Origin: Camelus dromedarius
Lineage: Eukaryota
Assembly: GCF_036321535.1 (NCBI RefSeq)
Contig: NC_087437.1
Location: 111,664,001 to 111,728,000 of the forward strand
Length of the DNA stretch: 64,000 nt
Reading direction: 5' to 3'
A model generated the notes under the pieces. That model was not told the DNA's origin and did no database searches. It saw nothing but the letters and a program-made list of their open reading frames with translations. Made by a program: the position numbers and the translations under genes. Below are positions 1 through 13,966 of this stretch, in pieces (positions within the stretch are counted from its first letter, which is position 1; each line of letters starts with the position of its first letter).

Positions 1-1088
1 AAAGGAAGAAATGCTGTTACTTCCCCTAATTCTAAGGTGAAACCAAAGAAGGGAGACGCAAAATGACCTGCCCAAATCCTCTGTTAAACCAGCGAGGAGG
101 CTGTAATAGATACAGTCGGTCACCGTGTTCCCTAAGCACAGCCTTCTGGATATGAGGTTTATATCTGTTGCAAGTTTTAGGAACTTCCCTGCCCTGGTTT
201 TGTTCACTGCTTAGGGAACAAAGCATGTTCGGTCAAAACTCCAGCAAATCTCTCCCGCCCCTAAATCCAATTTTTTTAACCTTCCAAATAGGTTTTTTTT
301 TTTTTTTTTAGGTTTATAATGCTGCCGGCCAGCCATCATCTTTAAAGTTAAAAGAAAATGTTTTATTATTATGAGCAGTGAAATCACACTATAATTTTCC
401 AATTAACTGAATAAGCTCAAAATGCATGCCCTGAAGTCTTTACTTCTACCCTGAGCGTATCACAGCTACCTTGATCATCCTACACATCCTGAGAGCGGGC
501 CGAAGTGAAATGAAACAGCCTGGCGTTGAAAGGCTCTTGCAGGGGCTGGTCGCGGAGACAGCACGTGTCCGCCCCCGCATCCATCTGTTGGGCTGTGTTG
601 GACCCTCTGGTTGGGCGGCTTCCCTGAGTGTTTCTGAAGGCCTTTTGTTGTCCATGGGGATAGAGCCACTAATTTGGCCAATTCCAAGTAGAAAAGATCA
701 AGTGTAGATTTCATATCTGAGTTTTAAGTGCTGGTAAGAAGTTGCATTAAGTTACCACATGCCCCTCGAGCCCGCCTTCATCGCCAAGTGTGCTCTGCAG
801 TTTGGGGGTTACTCTGCACCCCAAAGAAAAGAAAAATTATTCCGTGTAAATGCTTTGGGCAAGTGGGGATTGATCCAGTTACTTTTAAACTAACCTAATC
901 CAGATGGTGTTCGCTGAATAACTTTCTGGGGTGGGTACCTGGTTACCGAATAAGGTGTTCATTTTTAGAGGATGTGAAATCTTTGGTTGAAAAGACACAA
1001 AGGAACTTCTACTAGACCGTCCAAAATAGTGAGTGTAATCACATGATTGTAATTCAGGTCCAACGTAGTGCATTTATAGTAATTTTTA

Positions 1089-1180
1089 GGGGGGAGGGTA
1101 TAGCTCAAGTGATAGAGTGCATGCTTAGCATACACGAGGTCCTAGGTTCAATCCCCAGTACCTCCTCTGTAAATAAATCA
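1089..1180 (+). mobile_element. tRNA-derived SINE (camelid vic-1-like), short form
   Basis: GGGGAGGGTATAGCTCAAGTGATAGAG (A box) ... GGTTCAATCCC (B box), AAAT tail; near-perfect TSD atagtaattttta / ataataattttta. Confidence 0.88.
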
Positions 1181-4100
1181 ATAATAATTTTTAATCAGTT
1201 GATTCATATCTTTCTCTTTCTGTCTATATTTGTATATAGATATTCATCTGTGTATGGTATACATACACACATATACGCCTTACAATACTGTGTTGTGAAT
1301 AGGGCAGTAATTCCTCCCTGTGGGCTCTTTAAATGTCACTCCAACAGAGCCATGGAAATTACACTCAGAGAGGCATGTGAAATTGAAGGATCGATTACAC
1401 TCACAGGTCCTACAGGAGGAAGACATGGCACTCCACGCCAGGGACCAGATGGCACAGGCCCCCAGGGATCAGAAATTTGTAGATTTAGAAGTAACGTATC
1501 AGAAGCCAGGAAACTGATCCAGATTAGCACTCCGCTGGTTCTTCTCGGGAGGTGTTGTGCTCATTTCTGTAAAAAACGCTTCCATGGTACCCTCAAACTT
1601 GGGGACAAATGATTAATGGTATAGTCCCCATCGTGAAGATGAGCCGGTCCTTGGGGTAGTTTCATAGAATGTGAAGGCAAGCATCATATTCTTTTTTTCC
1701 AGATGTCTTAGTCTTAAATCCAAAGCAAGGCTCAGCTGGGAAGCAGTGGATTTGGGGCTGCTTGTCCTTGCCTGTTTGGGGGCTCCCTTTTCCATAGAAC
1801 TTGGACTCCCAATCTCTTTTCCTCCTGGTTCTCCCATACTGTCCTAGGGATGAAATCGATGAGCCCACCTGCTGTGTAAGATGCCCTACCAACGCTATTT
1901 CTTATCACCTGGACACCAACCCTGTAAAGTTGGTGTAAGTGAGAAAACTGTAATCTAAAGCAGTTATGTTTAACATGCCCGAATAAGCATCTGAGCTGAG
2001 GGGTTTCAAAGCCCAAATTCCCTCCATCATAGCCTGTGGCCCCCTCTCTGTGCTTGGGACGTCTTACCCAGCGCAGAACTCTTTGGAGCATCACACCAGT
2101 CTGCCCACAGCCCCGTCCCCTCTCCCACACACACCAGCACGTGGAAACTTGCCTGCCTGTGAGCATTCCATAAAAGCCCACTTCATCTCTGCTTTCCACT
2201 TGTGCTAATGCAGTTTTTAAAAGTCAGTGGCATAATGAAGAATGGGGACTCATAGGCTAATTAATGAGACTTCTTATCCCTTTTGTCTTCTTAGTAATTT
2301 AACTCCCTTCAGTTGTAGCCTTTCAGTAGCAAGGTCAAAGAAATGAGTCCCCCAGGGAGAACTGAAGGTCACGTGGAACGGTGTCAACACCCACCGCAAA
2401 CCAGTGAGATGTGTTTGGTGAAACTTTTTGGATCTCCTCAAAGACCTACTGGCTTCTGACTTAACACAAGTACCAGTTGACAGAATGCTGGAGTGTTAGT
2501 CGGGGGAGGCCAGCTGCTGAAACCAGCAACTCCCAGACCTCGGAGGAATAATGGGGATAGAACATTACTTCTTGTTCGTGCCCTGGTCCAGTGGGCTTGG
2601 ACGAGGTGGGAGGCTGTGCTGTGTGTCGTCATTCAGGGACCCAGGGTCCTTCCATATCATGCTTCCCCCATTTTCTAGGACCTCGGAGTCTGTCCTTGTC
2701 CTTCTGTCTTCCATGTGTGACAGCAGATGAAGAGAGAAAGGGCATAGAGAGTAACACGGGGGTCTCGAGGGCCAGACCTGCAGGTGGCCAAACATCACTT
2801 CTGCCCTCTTTCCATCGGCCAGCACTTTCCACTGGTCCCCATATTGTAAGGAAGCCGGGAAAGCTTGCTCCTCCCGTGTTCTTAGCAAGAAATGTGTTGT
2901 CTCTGCCCCGTTTAGTCTCTCAGTTTGCCTCTGTCCTCCTCTGGCTTGTTTGGGGACCAGAGTCTGAGCTCATCCCTTAAGAGCAGCACAACCACGTTGC
3001 TCGTCCCTGTCCCCATGATTTCCCGCAGACATGGAAGAAACAGTCTGAGGGTTCTGGTTCTCCTCAGAATTAACCTCCAGATTCCATTTTTTTGTGTGCC
3101 AAACTGGAGACTAGAGAAGGGACTTAAAGTCTAAATTCACTTTTTGATCTTAACGCTCTTGGGAGCGTGGGGCCCAGTCATGAGCCCTTTATCCACTGTG
3201 GGGGCCTTTCCTGCGTCCTGAGAATCCCTGACTCACTGCCCTAAAGCCACGTGGGCTGCACTTCCTCGTGCGTTAGCCAGTTTTCTAAACACACTGACAA
3301 ACACAAAAGACAGAAATGCCCTTTTCTGGTAAAGAACTTGAAACATGTAGAAACATCTTTGAGTATTTGTGAATAAAAGGGTGTAGTCTCTTATCGAAAG
3401 TATGAACCGAGAGGCGGTGCTGCTTTATTTGGAAAAAAAAAAAAAAAACGGGGTTTGGGGGTAAGGACAATACAGTTGAATTCCATTCTGTTCCCAGAAG
3501 TAAGGCTGTGAAATTGGCCGCTGGTGATTAGGGGACTTGAGCGCACGGATGTGGGGCCAGTGGCTGGTGCGCTTGTATCCTGCGCTTGGAGTGACTCAAG
3601 CAACATCAGCCCTTGGGAAACTTGGAGTTTAGTGGAGAGTGTCTGGCTTCAGAGAAAGAAGAATTTGCAGCCTATTTGGCCTCTTTTAAATATTAGTAAC
3701 TTTTAAGACCTCATTTATTTAAAAGAAGGAAAGAGAGAGAGAAGGAAAGAAGGGAAGAAAGGAGGGGAGGGAGGGAGGGAAGGCAAAATTTCCTTTCCCT
3801 CCAAGCTCAGCAATGGCTTCTCTGGACCGTGAGTGTGGCTGCTGGGCCGTGAGCTTGTCTCTGAGCAGACTCTCTGATGACTGATGCTCAGAGCAAAGGA
3901 GGCTGACTCGGAGTGTGATTGCATTGCATCAATGAGAGCTCTGAGTAAATTCATGTTCTTCAAGATTTAACGTATTTATTCTCCTAATTAATTTATTTGT
4001 TATTAATAATTTATTTATTATTTATTAAGATCTATTCATTTAACAATATAAAAGCAATAGCTTAGTGTTGTGCAGTGGTTTATGGTGGATGGAAGATGCT

Positions 4101-4183
4101 ATATGCCCACACTAGTATTTGACCCTCACAGGAAAACATGAGGACACTAGTTCTGAGAGGTGATGGTCACAGTCACACACCTT

Positions 4184-4369
4184 AATAACAAGATTATACT
4201 GTATAGCACAGGGAAATATATACAAGATCTTGTGGTGGCTCACAGCGAAAAGAAAATGTGACAATGAATATATGGATGTTCATGTATAACTGAAAAATTG
4301 TGCTCTACGCTGGAATTTGACACAACATTGTAAAATGACTATAATGCAATAAAAAAAATGTTAAAAAAA
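4184..4369 (+). mobile_element. Young L1 3' end (cetartiodactyl/camelid type), 5'-truncated
   Basis: CTGTATAGCACAGGGAAATATATACAAGATCTTG...GACACAACATTGTAAAATGACTATA...AATAAAAAAA typical L1 3' UTR terminus with A tail. Confidence 0.8.
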
Positions 4370-5524
4370 TTCCAAGTTGAACTCTGATCTCGGAGCCTTT
4401 GATGCACTGCTTCCCACTTCTTCCCTCTCCATCACCCACCTTGGGATGAGGATTCTCCAGCCGTCAGGGATTCTGAAATGCCTTCAGAAATCGTCCAAGT
4501 TAGTTGCGGCTCTTAGCACTGACTGTGTTTGACGGAACCCAGTGCATGTTCCCTTCAGAATAATGTGCTTAACAATCGCCCTCAGATGCTTCATGCAAAA
4601 AAGGGGGTGCTGGGGGGCTGGTCAGATACGTGTGTGAGATTCTGTCCACTGCGTCCCTCCCCTCGCCCCAGGGCACGGTGGCACATCTGTGTCTCTATGA
4701 AGAACTGAAGGGCGGGAGTTGTGTTTGCCTGGGTTTAGCCCAAACGTTCCAAGCTTATTTTGCATAGAACATCCTTTTTCCCTGCGTAACACCCATTCCT
4801 CCCATGGAACACCTTGCCTTCCTCCCTCCCCCATTTTTTGAAAATCCATCATTCTCGTCATTCAGTGATCCCCGGATTGTTTGTGTATAAATGGGTTTTC
4901 CTTGTGAATGCTGGTGGGGTGATGATCCCAGGAATGATTTCCCCGTGTCTTTCTGAAGACAGAGAAGAACTTCTGCCACTCTTAGGGGTTCACATGCCAT
5001 GAACTATTCACCTACCTTTTAAAAAAAGGAAACTTAAAAGCCTTTATCTAAACTACTCTAAGACTGGCCCAAACCAAGCCTTTCTGTGGCCCGGGCTGTA
5101 GGAGTTTCTGCTGATACACGATGGAGGGTTCACCAGTCCAGAAAGCTTCTTAAGTTAAACAGAAGCTGCTCCAAGGCCTCTGGGTCATGTGGAACTGACG
5201 AAAAGTCGACACCCTCCCATCCTTCCCTCTCCCCTGGTTTAAACAAGGATCAACGGAGCATTTCCAGGCCATACCAGACTCTGAGGAGTGATTTCTTAAC
5301 AGAGTGTACACTTCTGCCTTCTTTCAGGGTGGTAAATATTTGCCCACAAATACACAGTTCAGTTGTGAAAACGCTGGCTGAGAATATTAACACAGTAAAT
5401 ATTTCTGACCGACCCAGCGTGGTGGGGCATTTGCTACAGAGAGAACTGTTAACAAAAAGCTGTGTCTTTAGAAAGGATCTCATTTGAACCAGCCAAGAAA
5501 CTAAGGTGTGGGGAAGCTGAGTGT

Positions 5525-5889
5525 TCCGGCCCGAATGTTTGTGTCTACCCCCTTCCCCCAAATTTATGTATTAAAACTCTAACTAAGAGGTGGGGCCTTT
5601 GGGAGATGCTCAAGTCATGAGGGTGGAGCCTTCATGAATGAGATTCATGAATCCCATTAATCTCTTACAAAAGGGACCCTACAGAGTTCCTCTGTCCCTT
5701 CTACCATGTGAGGATGCAGTGAGAAGGGGCCAGCGCTGAACCAGGAAGAGGGTTCCCACCACAATGTGGCCATGCTGGTGCCTTGACCTTAGACTTCCAG
5801 CCCCCAGACCTGTGAGAAATGGCTTTCTGTTTTTTGTCAGCCACACTCTCCGTGCTGTTTTGTCACAGCAGTCAGTATGGACGAAGACA
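5525..5889 (+). mobile_element. MaLR solo LTR (MLT1A-like)
   Basis: gaatgtttgtgtc...gaggtggggcctttgggag...gacttccagcccccagacctgtgagaaat...gaagaca. Confidence 0.8.
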
Positions 5890-6624
5890 CCAAGTAATGT
5901 GTTGACTCTACCCAACACATTGGAAAGAGGGCATGTGTTCATTGGGGAAGCCGGACAGCACACTGGAAGGGGCTTTAGACTGGGAGCAGGTCATGTGTCA
6001 TCTGCCCCTTGTTCAAGATTAACCTTGGCAGCAGGCTTTTGCTTCCTCCAGCTCCTACCTGCATCCTGGGAGATGCAGGATCCAGAGCGCATCTTTCCAG
6101 CTCCTGGCATCTCACTTCCAATAACCTCCTCCACCCACCTCGTATACCGTCTTCCATGGCCACGTCCACGGACATTCATCACCTGCAACTGCTCCACTTT
6201 GAAATCTTTTCAGACAGCTTTTGGGCACAAGCTCTGGGTCTGCAGAGTTCTCTCCAGCTGGCTGGTGTGACTGGCCCCGCTCTGACCTCTGGACCTCAGC
6301 AGGACCTCTGTTCCCCCGGGCCTGTCCGTGCTCGTTTCCTTCTCTTTGTTTAGCTTGGAGCCCACAGTCCATCAAATCAAGCTGTTTCTTGCTAATACCT
6401 ACTTTCAATTTTGTTTGACCTTAACTCACAGGAAGAAATATAATGTACATATGACCCAGGACATTTGCGTATGTATTTATACACACACACACATACATAC
6501 ATGCATAGACCTTTCCCAAACCCAACCCAGTCATAATTATTTAAAAATCTCTCCCTGGGCATCAGTTCTTATGACCATAGCCTTATTTCTCTCCTCATCT
6601 TCACCAAGTGGTTGCAAGGGCCAT

Positions 6625-7085
6625 CTGTGTAAACTGCTGGTTTCTTACGGCTGCTGTAACAAATTACCCCACACTTAGTGGCTTGAAACAGCACAGGCTT
6701 ATTCTCGTACAGTTCTGGAGGTCAGAAGTCTAAAATCAAGGTGTTGGCAGGGCTGCATTCCTTCTGGAGGCTTCAGGGCACAGTCTGTTTCCTTGCCTTT
6801 TCCAGTTTCTAGAAACCAGCTACGTTTTTGGCTCATGGCTGCACCATGCCAGCCTCTGGTTCTGTTGCCACATCTCCTTTTTCTGACTTTGACATTCTCG
6901 CCTCCCTCTTATAAGGACCTTTGTCTTTATGTTTGTCCCTCCCAGATCATCCAGGATCATCTCGCCATCTCAAGATCTTAATCATAACTGCAAAGTCCCA
7001 TTTACAATGTAAAGCCACATATTCACAGGTTCTGTGGCTTGGTACCTGTGGACATTTTAGGAGTGGAGCATTATTCTGTCTGTCA
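6625..7085 (-). mobile_element. MaLR solo LTR (MLT1C/D-like)
   Basis: ggctgctgtaacaaattacc...cagttctggaggtcagaagtctaaaatcaaggtgttggcagggctg...atccaggatcatctc. Confidence 0.8.
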
Positions 7086-7494
7086 CGTGAACCATCTTCA
7101 ATTTCCTTAACTTCCACTCATTTTTCAACCTTTTCTAAAGAAGCTTCTGTTTCCTGCTCACCGCCCCAAATGCCTCTCTAAATGGTCCTTGATGGTCTCC
7201 GTGGTGCTGAAAGCAGCGGGAAGTTCTGATTGTCCTTCCTGACCTCTTAGCAGCTTGCGACCGATCAGAATGGGGTACAGGAAGGCACCTGTGAGGGCTG
7301 ACAGAGCCCATCCTCATGAGCGTTTCCTGCTGTCAATGTAGAGAAGGGTCTGGTGTGGATGGGGTCGGCTGCAGAAGAGAGTGATCCGTGACTCCCCTTC
7401 CCCCATAAATCAGCCACAGACTCCATAGTGTCTAGACTTTCTTTATTAGTATAAAGTTTTGGTCACATAACTGCAGATAAAGGTTGGTTTTTTA

Positions 7495-8395
7495 AAAACA
7501 CTTTTGTTGTGGTGTAATCCTGGTACAGTAAACTACGCATATTTCATATGTACGATTTGATGACTTTTGATAGATGTGTGCACCCATGAAACCACCACCA
7601 GAATCAAGATAGCTCACATTCCCATCACTCCCCAAGAGGTGCAAATTTCAAATTCCCAATTTATCCCTTCCCGCCCCCTACAGGTAAAGGTTTTTTTAAA
7701 CAAACATTTTAAAGTATCTACCAACACCAAAGTGCATAGATCCTAAGTGTGTAGCTGGGTGAACTTTCACAAAATAAAACATGTATCCACCCTTCAGGTT
7801 AAGAAGCAGAACTTTGCCAGTCCGCGTGAACTCCCCCTCAAACCCCTCCCCTGTCACTAACCCCTGTCCTCCCCAAAGTAGTGCTATCCTGGGAAGGCAT
7901 GGGTGGTCTTTAAACTTTTTCTTTTTTAAATAGACTTTCTTTGCAAAATTGAGAGAAAGTTCCGAAATTTCCCGTATACCCCTGTCCCCACACATGCACA
8001 GCCTCCCCCACTGTCAACACCACAGTGAACCTGCTTTGACGCCTGATTCTCACAGAGTCCATAGTTTCCACTGGGATTCGTCCTTTGTCTGGTACATTCT
8101 ACGGGTGTTGACAAATGAGTAATGACACGCATCCCCCACTGGAGTATCACATAGTTCCTCTGTGCTCCACCTCTTCGTCCCTCTCTCCCCCAAACCTCCG
8201 GCAACCACGAATGTTTTTACCATGTCTCCATGGTTTTGCCTTTTCCAGAACATCATATAGTTGGGATCATGCAGTATGGAAGCTTTTCATGCTGGCTTCT
8301 TTCACTTAGTAATACTATGTGTTTACATGTTTTCTATGTCTGTTGCGGCTTCATAGCTCACTTCGTTTTAGTGCTGAATAATATTCCGTTGTTGG
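7495..8395 (-). mobile_element. Cluster of old L1 (L1M-type) 3' fragments
   Basis: Characteristic L1M 3' UTR motifs (gtgcacccatgaaaccaccacc; ggcaaccac...gttttgccttttccagaacatcatatagttgggatcat; gctgaataatattcc). Confidence 0.7.
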
Positions 8396-10009
8396 ACCTA
8401 GGCATAGGTTTTCAAAGAAAGAAGTGGACTGAGTCTGGAGCAGGTTTTACTGCTACAGTACCTTCTTTGTCCTTGTGCAGTGTTAAGGCTGGTATCCTGG
8501 GAGGGAGGCTCCCCGCTCTTGCCTCAAAGTACAGAAGGGCTCGAAAGACCTCGAGTCTGTCAATTCTGTGCAGTGAGTTTCTGCCTCCCAAAGATCACTC
8601 TTACAAGACGAATATGGTACACAGCAGGGCTCGGGCCACTGCACTGTACTTGTGTTGTGTTCTGATGTAAATGGTCCCACAGAGCTCAAGTTCGTTTACT
8701 GGGGATGGAGGACAGACCACATGACAGATGGAGGAAAGAAAGGTGATGGCCCGAACACAGAGGAAGTTTCTCATTCTTGTAATAGTCTGTGGAACAGGCA
8801 GCAATTCCCTCCATGAATCCGGGACCCAGCCCCCTTCCATCTTGTGGCTCTACCAGCCCCAGGGCCTTATCATTACCTTCATTTAGCCAGAGTAACACAT
8901 GGTCTTGTGGACGAACCATAAACATGAAGCTGAAGTCACGGTCCTATAATTAATTTAACATCTCAGTCAGCTGATCATCCTTTATGGTCCTGGTGAGTGA
9001 TGGGGTGATGGACAAGAAAGTTTTAATGACAAAGATGAAAAGACTCAAGAAAGGGGGTACCAGCCAGAGGAGTTTCCACATGGGTACCGGCTGGGGAGCA
9101 GCATCAGGGCCACCCTGAGTTCCCTGGTTTGGCTCATAACAGGATGCTGAAATCCCACAAAGGAGGCTGCAACTCTCACAAATAGTGGCTTTATCAGGAC
9201 CTACCTGTGTGTCCTGCAGGAGGATGCTGACCTGGGCCCCCAGAGGGTCTCTGCCTGACCTTTCTCAGTGCTTGGTGGGGTTCACCGTATGAATGACGAC
9301 ATTCCAACAAGCAGGACCCTGACTCACTTGCCTGCTGCCTGAGGGCAGTTTTGCTGCTCCAGTTAGATTCTGCTTCTCGAAGTGAAGTTAAATCAGGGTA
9401 GCTGATTTCTTGGCCATTCTTATGATGGTTTTTAAGGGCAAGAAAAAAAAAAAAAAAACAAGTTGCAGCGAGAGACCTAAGGTCTGGATGAAGTGTGCTG
9501 GGTGGGTGCCCAGTCTCCATCTTCAGATGGGCAAGTGTGGATGGGCACGGCTGCCCACCTACAGCAAAGCATCTCAGTGCCTTTTCTCTGACCGTCAGGG
9601 ACGCCCAGGGAGCTGGACGGGGTGCCTTTGGCGGAGCATTGCTGTCCAGAGGATTTTGAAACCTAAGCAGGAATAGCTCGAGCACAGCCCATCTGTGTGG
9701 GAACTGGGGAGCCGTGACACGGCCTTCCTCCACACCCACTCCTCCCGCTCGGAGGCCGAGGGCTGCCAAGCCCGTCTCCCACACACCTCACCAGAAAGTC
9801 CCTGGCTCCCCTCCCAGCCGCCTTGCACTTGACCTCGTGAGGTGTGAGAAGGAGGAAAGGAATCTACATTTCAGATGAACCTTCCTTCTTCCTTTCTGAG
9901 CCACGGTCCGGGCCACCGGCGCCTGCCAGGCCATCTGCGTAGCACATCAGAACTCAGGGCCCGCTCAGCTCCCCCCGCCCGCTGGAGCTGCAGGGATCGG
10001 GGGCCTGTG

Positions 10010-10410
10010 TGAGTTTGCGGGGGCTGCTGGAACAAATGCCCACCAGCTCGGGTGACCGAAAACAACAGTAATGTCCTCTCTCACGGTTCTGGAGGCCAGA
10101 AGTTAGAGATCAAGGTGTCACCAGGGCCATGCTGTCTCGGAAGGTTCTAAGGAAGAATCTTTCCTTGCCTCTTCCAGCATTTGGTGGCTCCTGGCAGTCC
10201 TTGGTTTCCTGGCTTGTCGGGACATCGCTCTGGTCTTTAAGAGGCAGTCTCCCTCTGCGTCTCTTCTTATCAAGACTCCTGTCATCAAGGATTAAGGGCC
10301 TGTCTTACTCCAGTGTGACTTCGTCTTAGCTAATTACATCTGCGATGACCCCATCCCGAGGTTCCAAGTGAATGTGAATTTGGGGGAGACACTGTTCGAC
10401 CCATAACAGA
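10010..10410 (-). mobile_element. MaLR solo LTR (MLT1B/C-like)
   Basis: ctctcacggttctggaggccagaag...ctaattacatctgcgatgaccc...gaatttgggggagacactgttcgacccataaca. Confidence 0.78.
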
Positions 10411-10938
10411 GCCCTGCCATCCACCCCTTCCCCTCCTTTCATTCTGTGCAAGGTGCCTGCAGGACTGAGGGCAGGGCCAGGAGTGGTTTCCTAAGATAAA
10501 ATATCACCCCCTTTCTCCAGGGAGGCCTAGTCTAGCTAGTAGGAGATGAGAGAACTCCATCTCCCTCAGGACAGGCATCCACATGCCCCAGGGACACCCA
10601 CTCGCAATTTTTTCCTGCTTTATAGAGACACTTTGGGACTTCTTGGCCCCTGACCAGTCCCTTAGCACTTCCTGGAAGGAAAGATCTCTCGGAGCCTTGC
10701 AGCGGGCCATCCCAGACTGAGGTTTCCAGCCCAGACGTGAAAACTGGCACCTGCTCCCTCTGCCCCAGCTCCGGGCCTGCCTAGTGTCCTCTCCGGGGAG
10801 CAGCAGAGGAAGCTCCGATCCACACCTTCCTCACTGACCAGCCCCTTCCCCGGGGGGAGCCGAGGTCCTCCTGCTCTGAAACCCCTGAAGGAACAGAGCG
10901 TTCCTGGGCCTCTTGTAACCCGGCTGAATATTTTCCAG

Positions 10939-11135
10939 GTTACCTAACCAAGCTCCTGCAAAACCACACGGCCTATGCCTGCGACGGGGACCACCTGAAG
11001 CTTCAGTGCCCTCGGCATTCTACGATAAGTGTCCAGTCGGCATTTTATGGGCAAGATTACCAAACGTGTAGCACACAGCCGCCTGCCTCCCAGCGGGAAG
11101 ACAGCTTAACCTGTGTGGCGCCCACCACGCTGCAG
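10939..11135 (+). CDS. EVA1C: EVA1C coding exon 2 (197 nt), N-terminal half of SUEL lectin domain 1
   Basis: ttttccag|GT TAC CTA ACC AAG... translates (G)YLTKLLQNHTAYACDGDHLKLQCPRHSTISVQSAFYGQDYQTCSTQPPASQREDSLTCVAPTTLQ, ends CAG|gtattg. Recognised as EVA1C; absent from the ORF track because it has no start codon. Confidence 0.96.
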
Positions 11136-13966
11136 GTATTGCCTTCTGTAGCTGTTTCAAGATGACAAAATGATTTTCTCTCTCCCTCTCTGTCTCTGTC
11201 TCTCTCTGTGTATATATTTGTGATTATATAGTTCACTCAAAGCAAACCTAGTCCATGAAAATCCCACTTTCTACGAATCACCAATTTTGCAGGTGAGCTA
11301 TTCTTTGCTTCTCAAAAGGATTCCTTACCAAACAGGTCTAAATAGAATTCCTACTTATCGGAGAGCTCCCTTAATACACGTGCCAGGTGAATTTTTTCAT
11401 AGCCATAGTGCTCCCTGCAGGAAAGCAGAGTACAGCCATGTGGGGCGTCAGCCTCCAAGCCTGTATCTCTCGTCAGCACCCCAGGAGTGAGACAAGGCTG
11501 CGGATGCTTTAGTGGAAACCACAAGGCAGACATCGGAGGTCACATCAAATTCTTAGACAATGCACTCAGGGAAGCCAAACATCGATAATTATCTTTTTTG
11601 GGTTTTTTTGTTTTGTTTATTTATGCTTTGCTTCTCCACTTGTAGGTAATCTCATTTGGGAAACTTTGGGCAGTCTCTGCCTTCTGGATGGTACCAGGAA
11701 TTAGAGGTGGGGGGTTGACTCATTCTTTTTTTCGGTTGGTGATAGGGAAATATTTTGTCTATGAGGAGGTCAAAACTAATACAAAAGTGATGATGTTAGA
11801 CTACTGTGGCTTTTAGTTATCCAAGCAAACTCTACTCTGCTGTCCCCAGCCCCTCAACATTGATAAGTCATTGGCCCAGATTACGGAGTCACTTGGCTTT
11901 CGATTTTTTTTAATGCCTACAAATTTCCATATGAATCCGCTGAAGTCAGGGTGGTTAGAGCAGGTAGCAACTGGATGTCAGCTTGATATTGTCAGTTGTG
12001 GGAAGTGTGGGTGAAGGTAAACCCCTCGGAGGACTGAGGAGAAATGGACTTCGCTTTAACGCTATGCAGCGCTCCCTGAGACCCGCGGCGGAGAAGCAAA
12101 CGTAATGTGGTAATGGAAGGAGTTTTCTATTTGTGTAGTACGTCTTGCTTCCCTTCCAAGCACTGTAGCATCTCGGTAGTCATCTGATTGGTAAAGATAA
12201 CTGAGGAGCCAAAAGGGATGTGCTTGAATGAATCCCCTGGTTCCTACACCCTGAGGAGAGACAACATGTCTTCTGGAGGCGAGCAGTGACTTTCCTTATG
12301 TGCCCAATCCTTCCCTGTATCCCCAAAATGCCCACTTCCTCACCCCAGCAGTCCTGCCCACCCGTCCCTGGCGCCTAGGCTGTCTGCTGCCCTCCTCGGT
12401 GCATAAAAAGAACGTTGGCAAGAGCCGCCAGGGCGGAAGTTCACACTTCCACCTACTTTGTGCAAGTACGAGCTCCTGGCACCCTGCAGTTCCAAAGTCT
12501 GGGCACCAACCTCGTCCTTCAATAGGGCGCCTGCCTCTGCCAGGCAGCCCCCGGGACGAGGATGTTCCCGTCACCAGGCAGACAAGTCAGCGTTTGTGAA
12601 CACAATTCTGATGTTGTTCGGAGGCTTTGTTTGCCAGAAACCTCTCTGTGTGCTGCCCTTTCATCCAGAGATCAAAGGATCTTTTACTTTGTGTCTTTTA
12701 AGCGCGTTTGGGAGCTGAGGCAAGGTGCCTCCTCAGAGAGCTGTTGCGTCACGTGGGCGAGAACAGGTTGACATCGCACAGGAGGACCTCCCCTGATCTA
12801 GCCTGTGACTAAACGGCCGCGGGAAGTGGCCTGTGTGCATTTTTCAGCTGTCATCCTGTTTGGAAGCCGCCCTGCCTCGGGTCCCATTCTGTGGTTGTAA
12901 CCCAAGGAGCCATCCCAGGGCTCACCCTCAGCCACAAGGATGTGCACCGTCATCTAGGGATGCTCAGGGTTTCCCCGGACACTGACCCTGGTTTCATACA
13001 CATCTGTGGGGCCCTTGAGGTGACACGTGAGTCCAGGTAGGACCAGCGTCCTTTACAGAGATATTCCCTGAGCTGCTGTGAGAACTTGGCGACTCAGACA
13101 GGTTGGTGACTCTGTGCTAAATTCAGTCCAACAGTCATCAGTAGATTCTTGGGAACATGTGTACTGTTTTTGATGTCCTTTCTACCAGAACCAAGTGAAG
13201 AAACTCTGTGTTTGTCACGGGCAGGGCCTGGTCCGATTGGGAGCTGGGAGGGCAGCACTGGGACGCTGGGCCTGTCTGCGACCCCGCGTTGAGGCTCCAC
13301 ACGCTTCCGCAGAGCAGGGGAGGTCGGCCTGGAGAAAGTCAGGGGAGACGCAGGGAAAGCTTCTAAGTCAAGTGGGCGCCGCGCCCTTGAGGTTGGCGAG
13401 GGTGGGAAACAGCATTTTTAGTTTTCCCTTGTTGACCTGGGTTTGGGTCTGGGCTTCCGAGGCGTCCCCGGAAAGCTGAGTGTCCCTGCGGCCGGCGTGG
13501 GGCCGTCTCTAAGGCTGAGGAGCTGCAGTGAAGGTCCGCATCCCCAGAGCGCCCTCTCAGCTTTACAGCCAGGGTACCCTCCCAGGAGGGGGCCCCCACA
13601 TCGCTTCCAGTCCACACTCTGCGGTGCCCTGATCTTGCCTCCGTCCCCAGCAGCCTCCAAATCAGTTTGCCAGAACCATCAGCAGGAGTGCCAGGCGAGG
13701 CGCACGGGAGGCTGCTTTTCTGACAGCCTGGCGCTGTTGGAGCAGACGTGTCCCTTTGGGAGAGGTGGGGCACCAACCCCACCAGCCACGTGTGTGCGCT
13801 TCTGTCTGAGACGCAGCTCGTCCCGCTCAGAGGTTTTCTGTGTGAGCCCCCCGCCAGGCGGGCAGGTGCCCCTCCCTCCTCAGGGCGCGGAGCAGCCCAG
13901 GTGCGGGGTCTCGCAGACACTGCGTGTGGTTTTCAAGCCTGTCCCTTTTCTACCCCCTCATTTTAG

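Noticed and set aside
1089..1165. tRNA-Ala-like gene (also at the five other SINE copies)
   Set aside because: A-rich tails, TSDs and mismatched stems identify them as SINEs, not functional tRNAs.
1043..1612. 189-aa ORF
   Set aside because: Runs through a SINE and TA-rich sequence; no recognisable protein.
1..10938. EVA1C exon 1 or promoter
   Set aside because: No signal-peptide exon or strong CpG island found; this looks like intron 1 with exon 1 upstream of the window.
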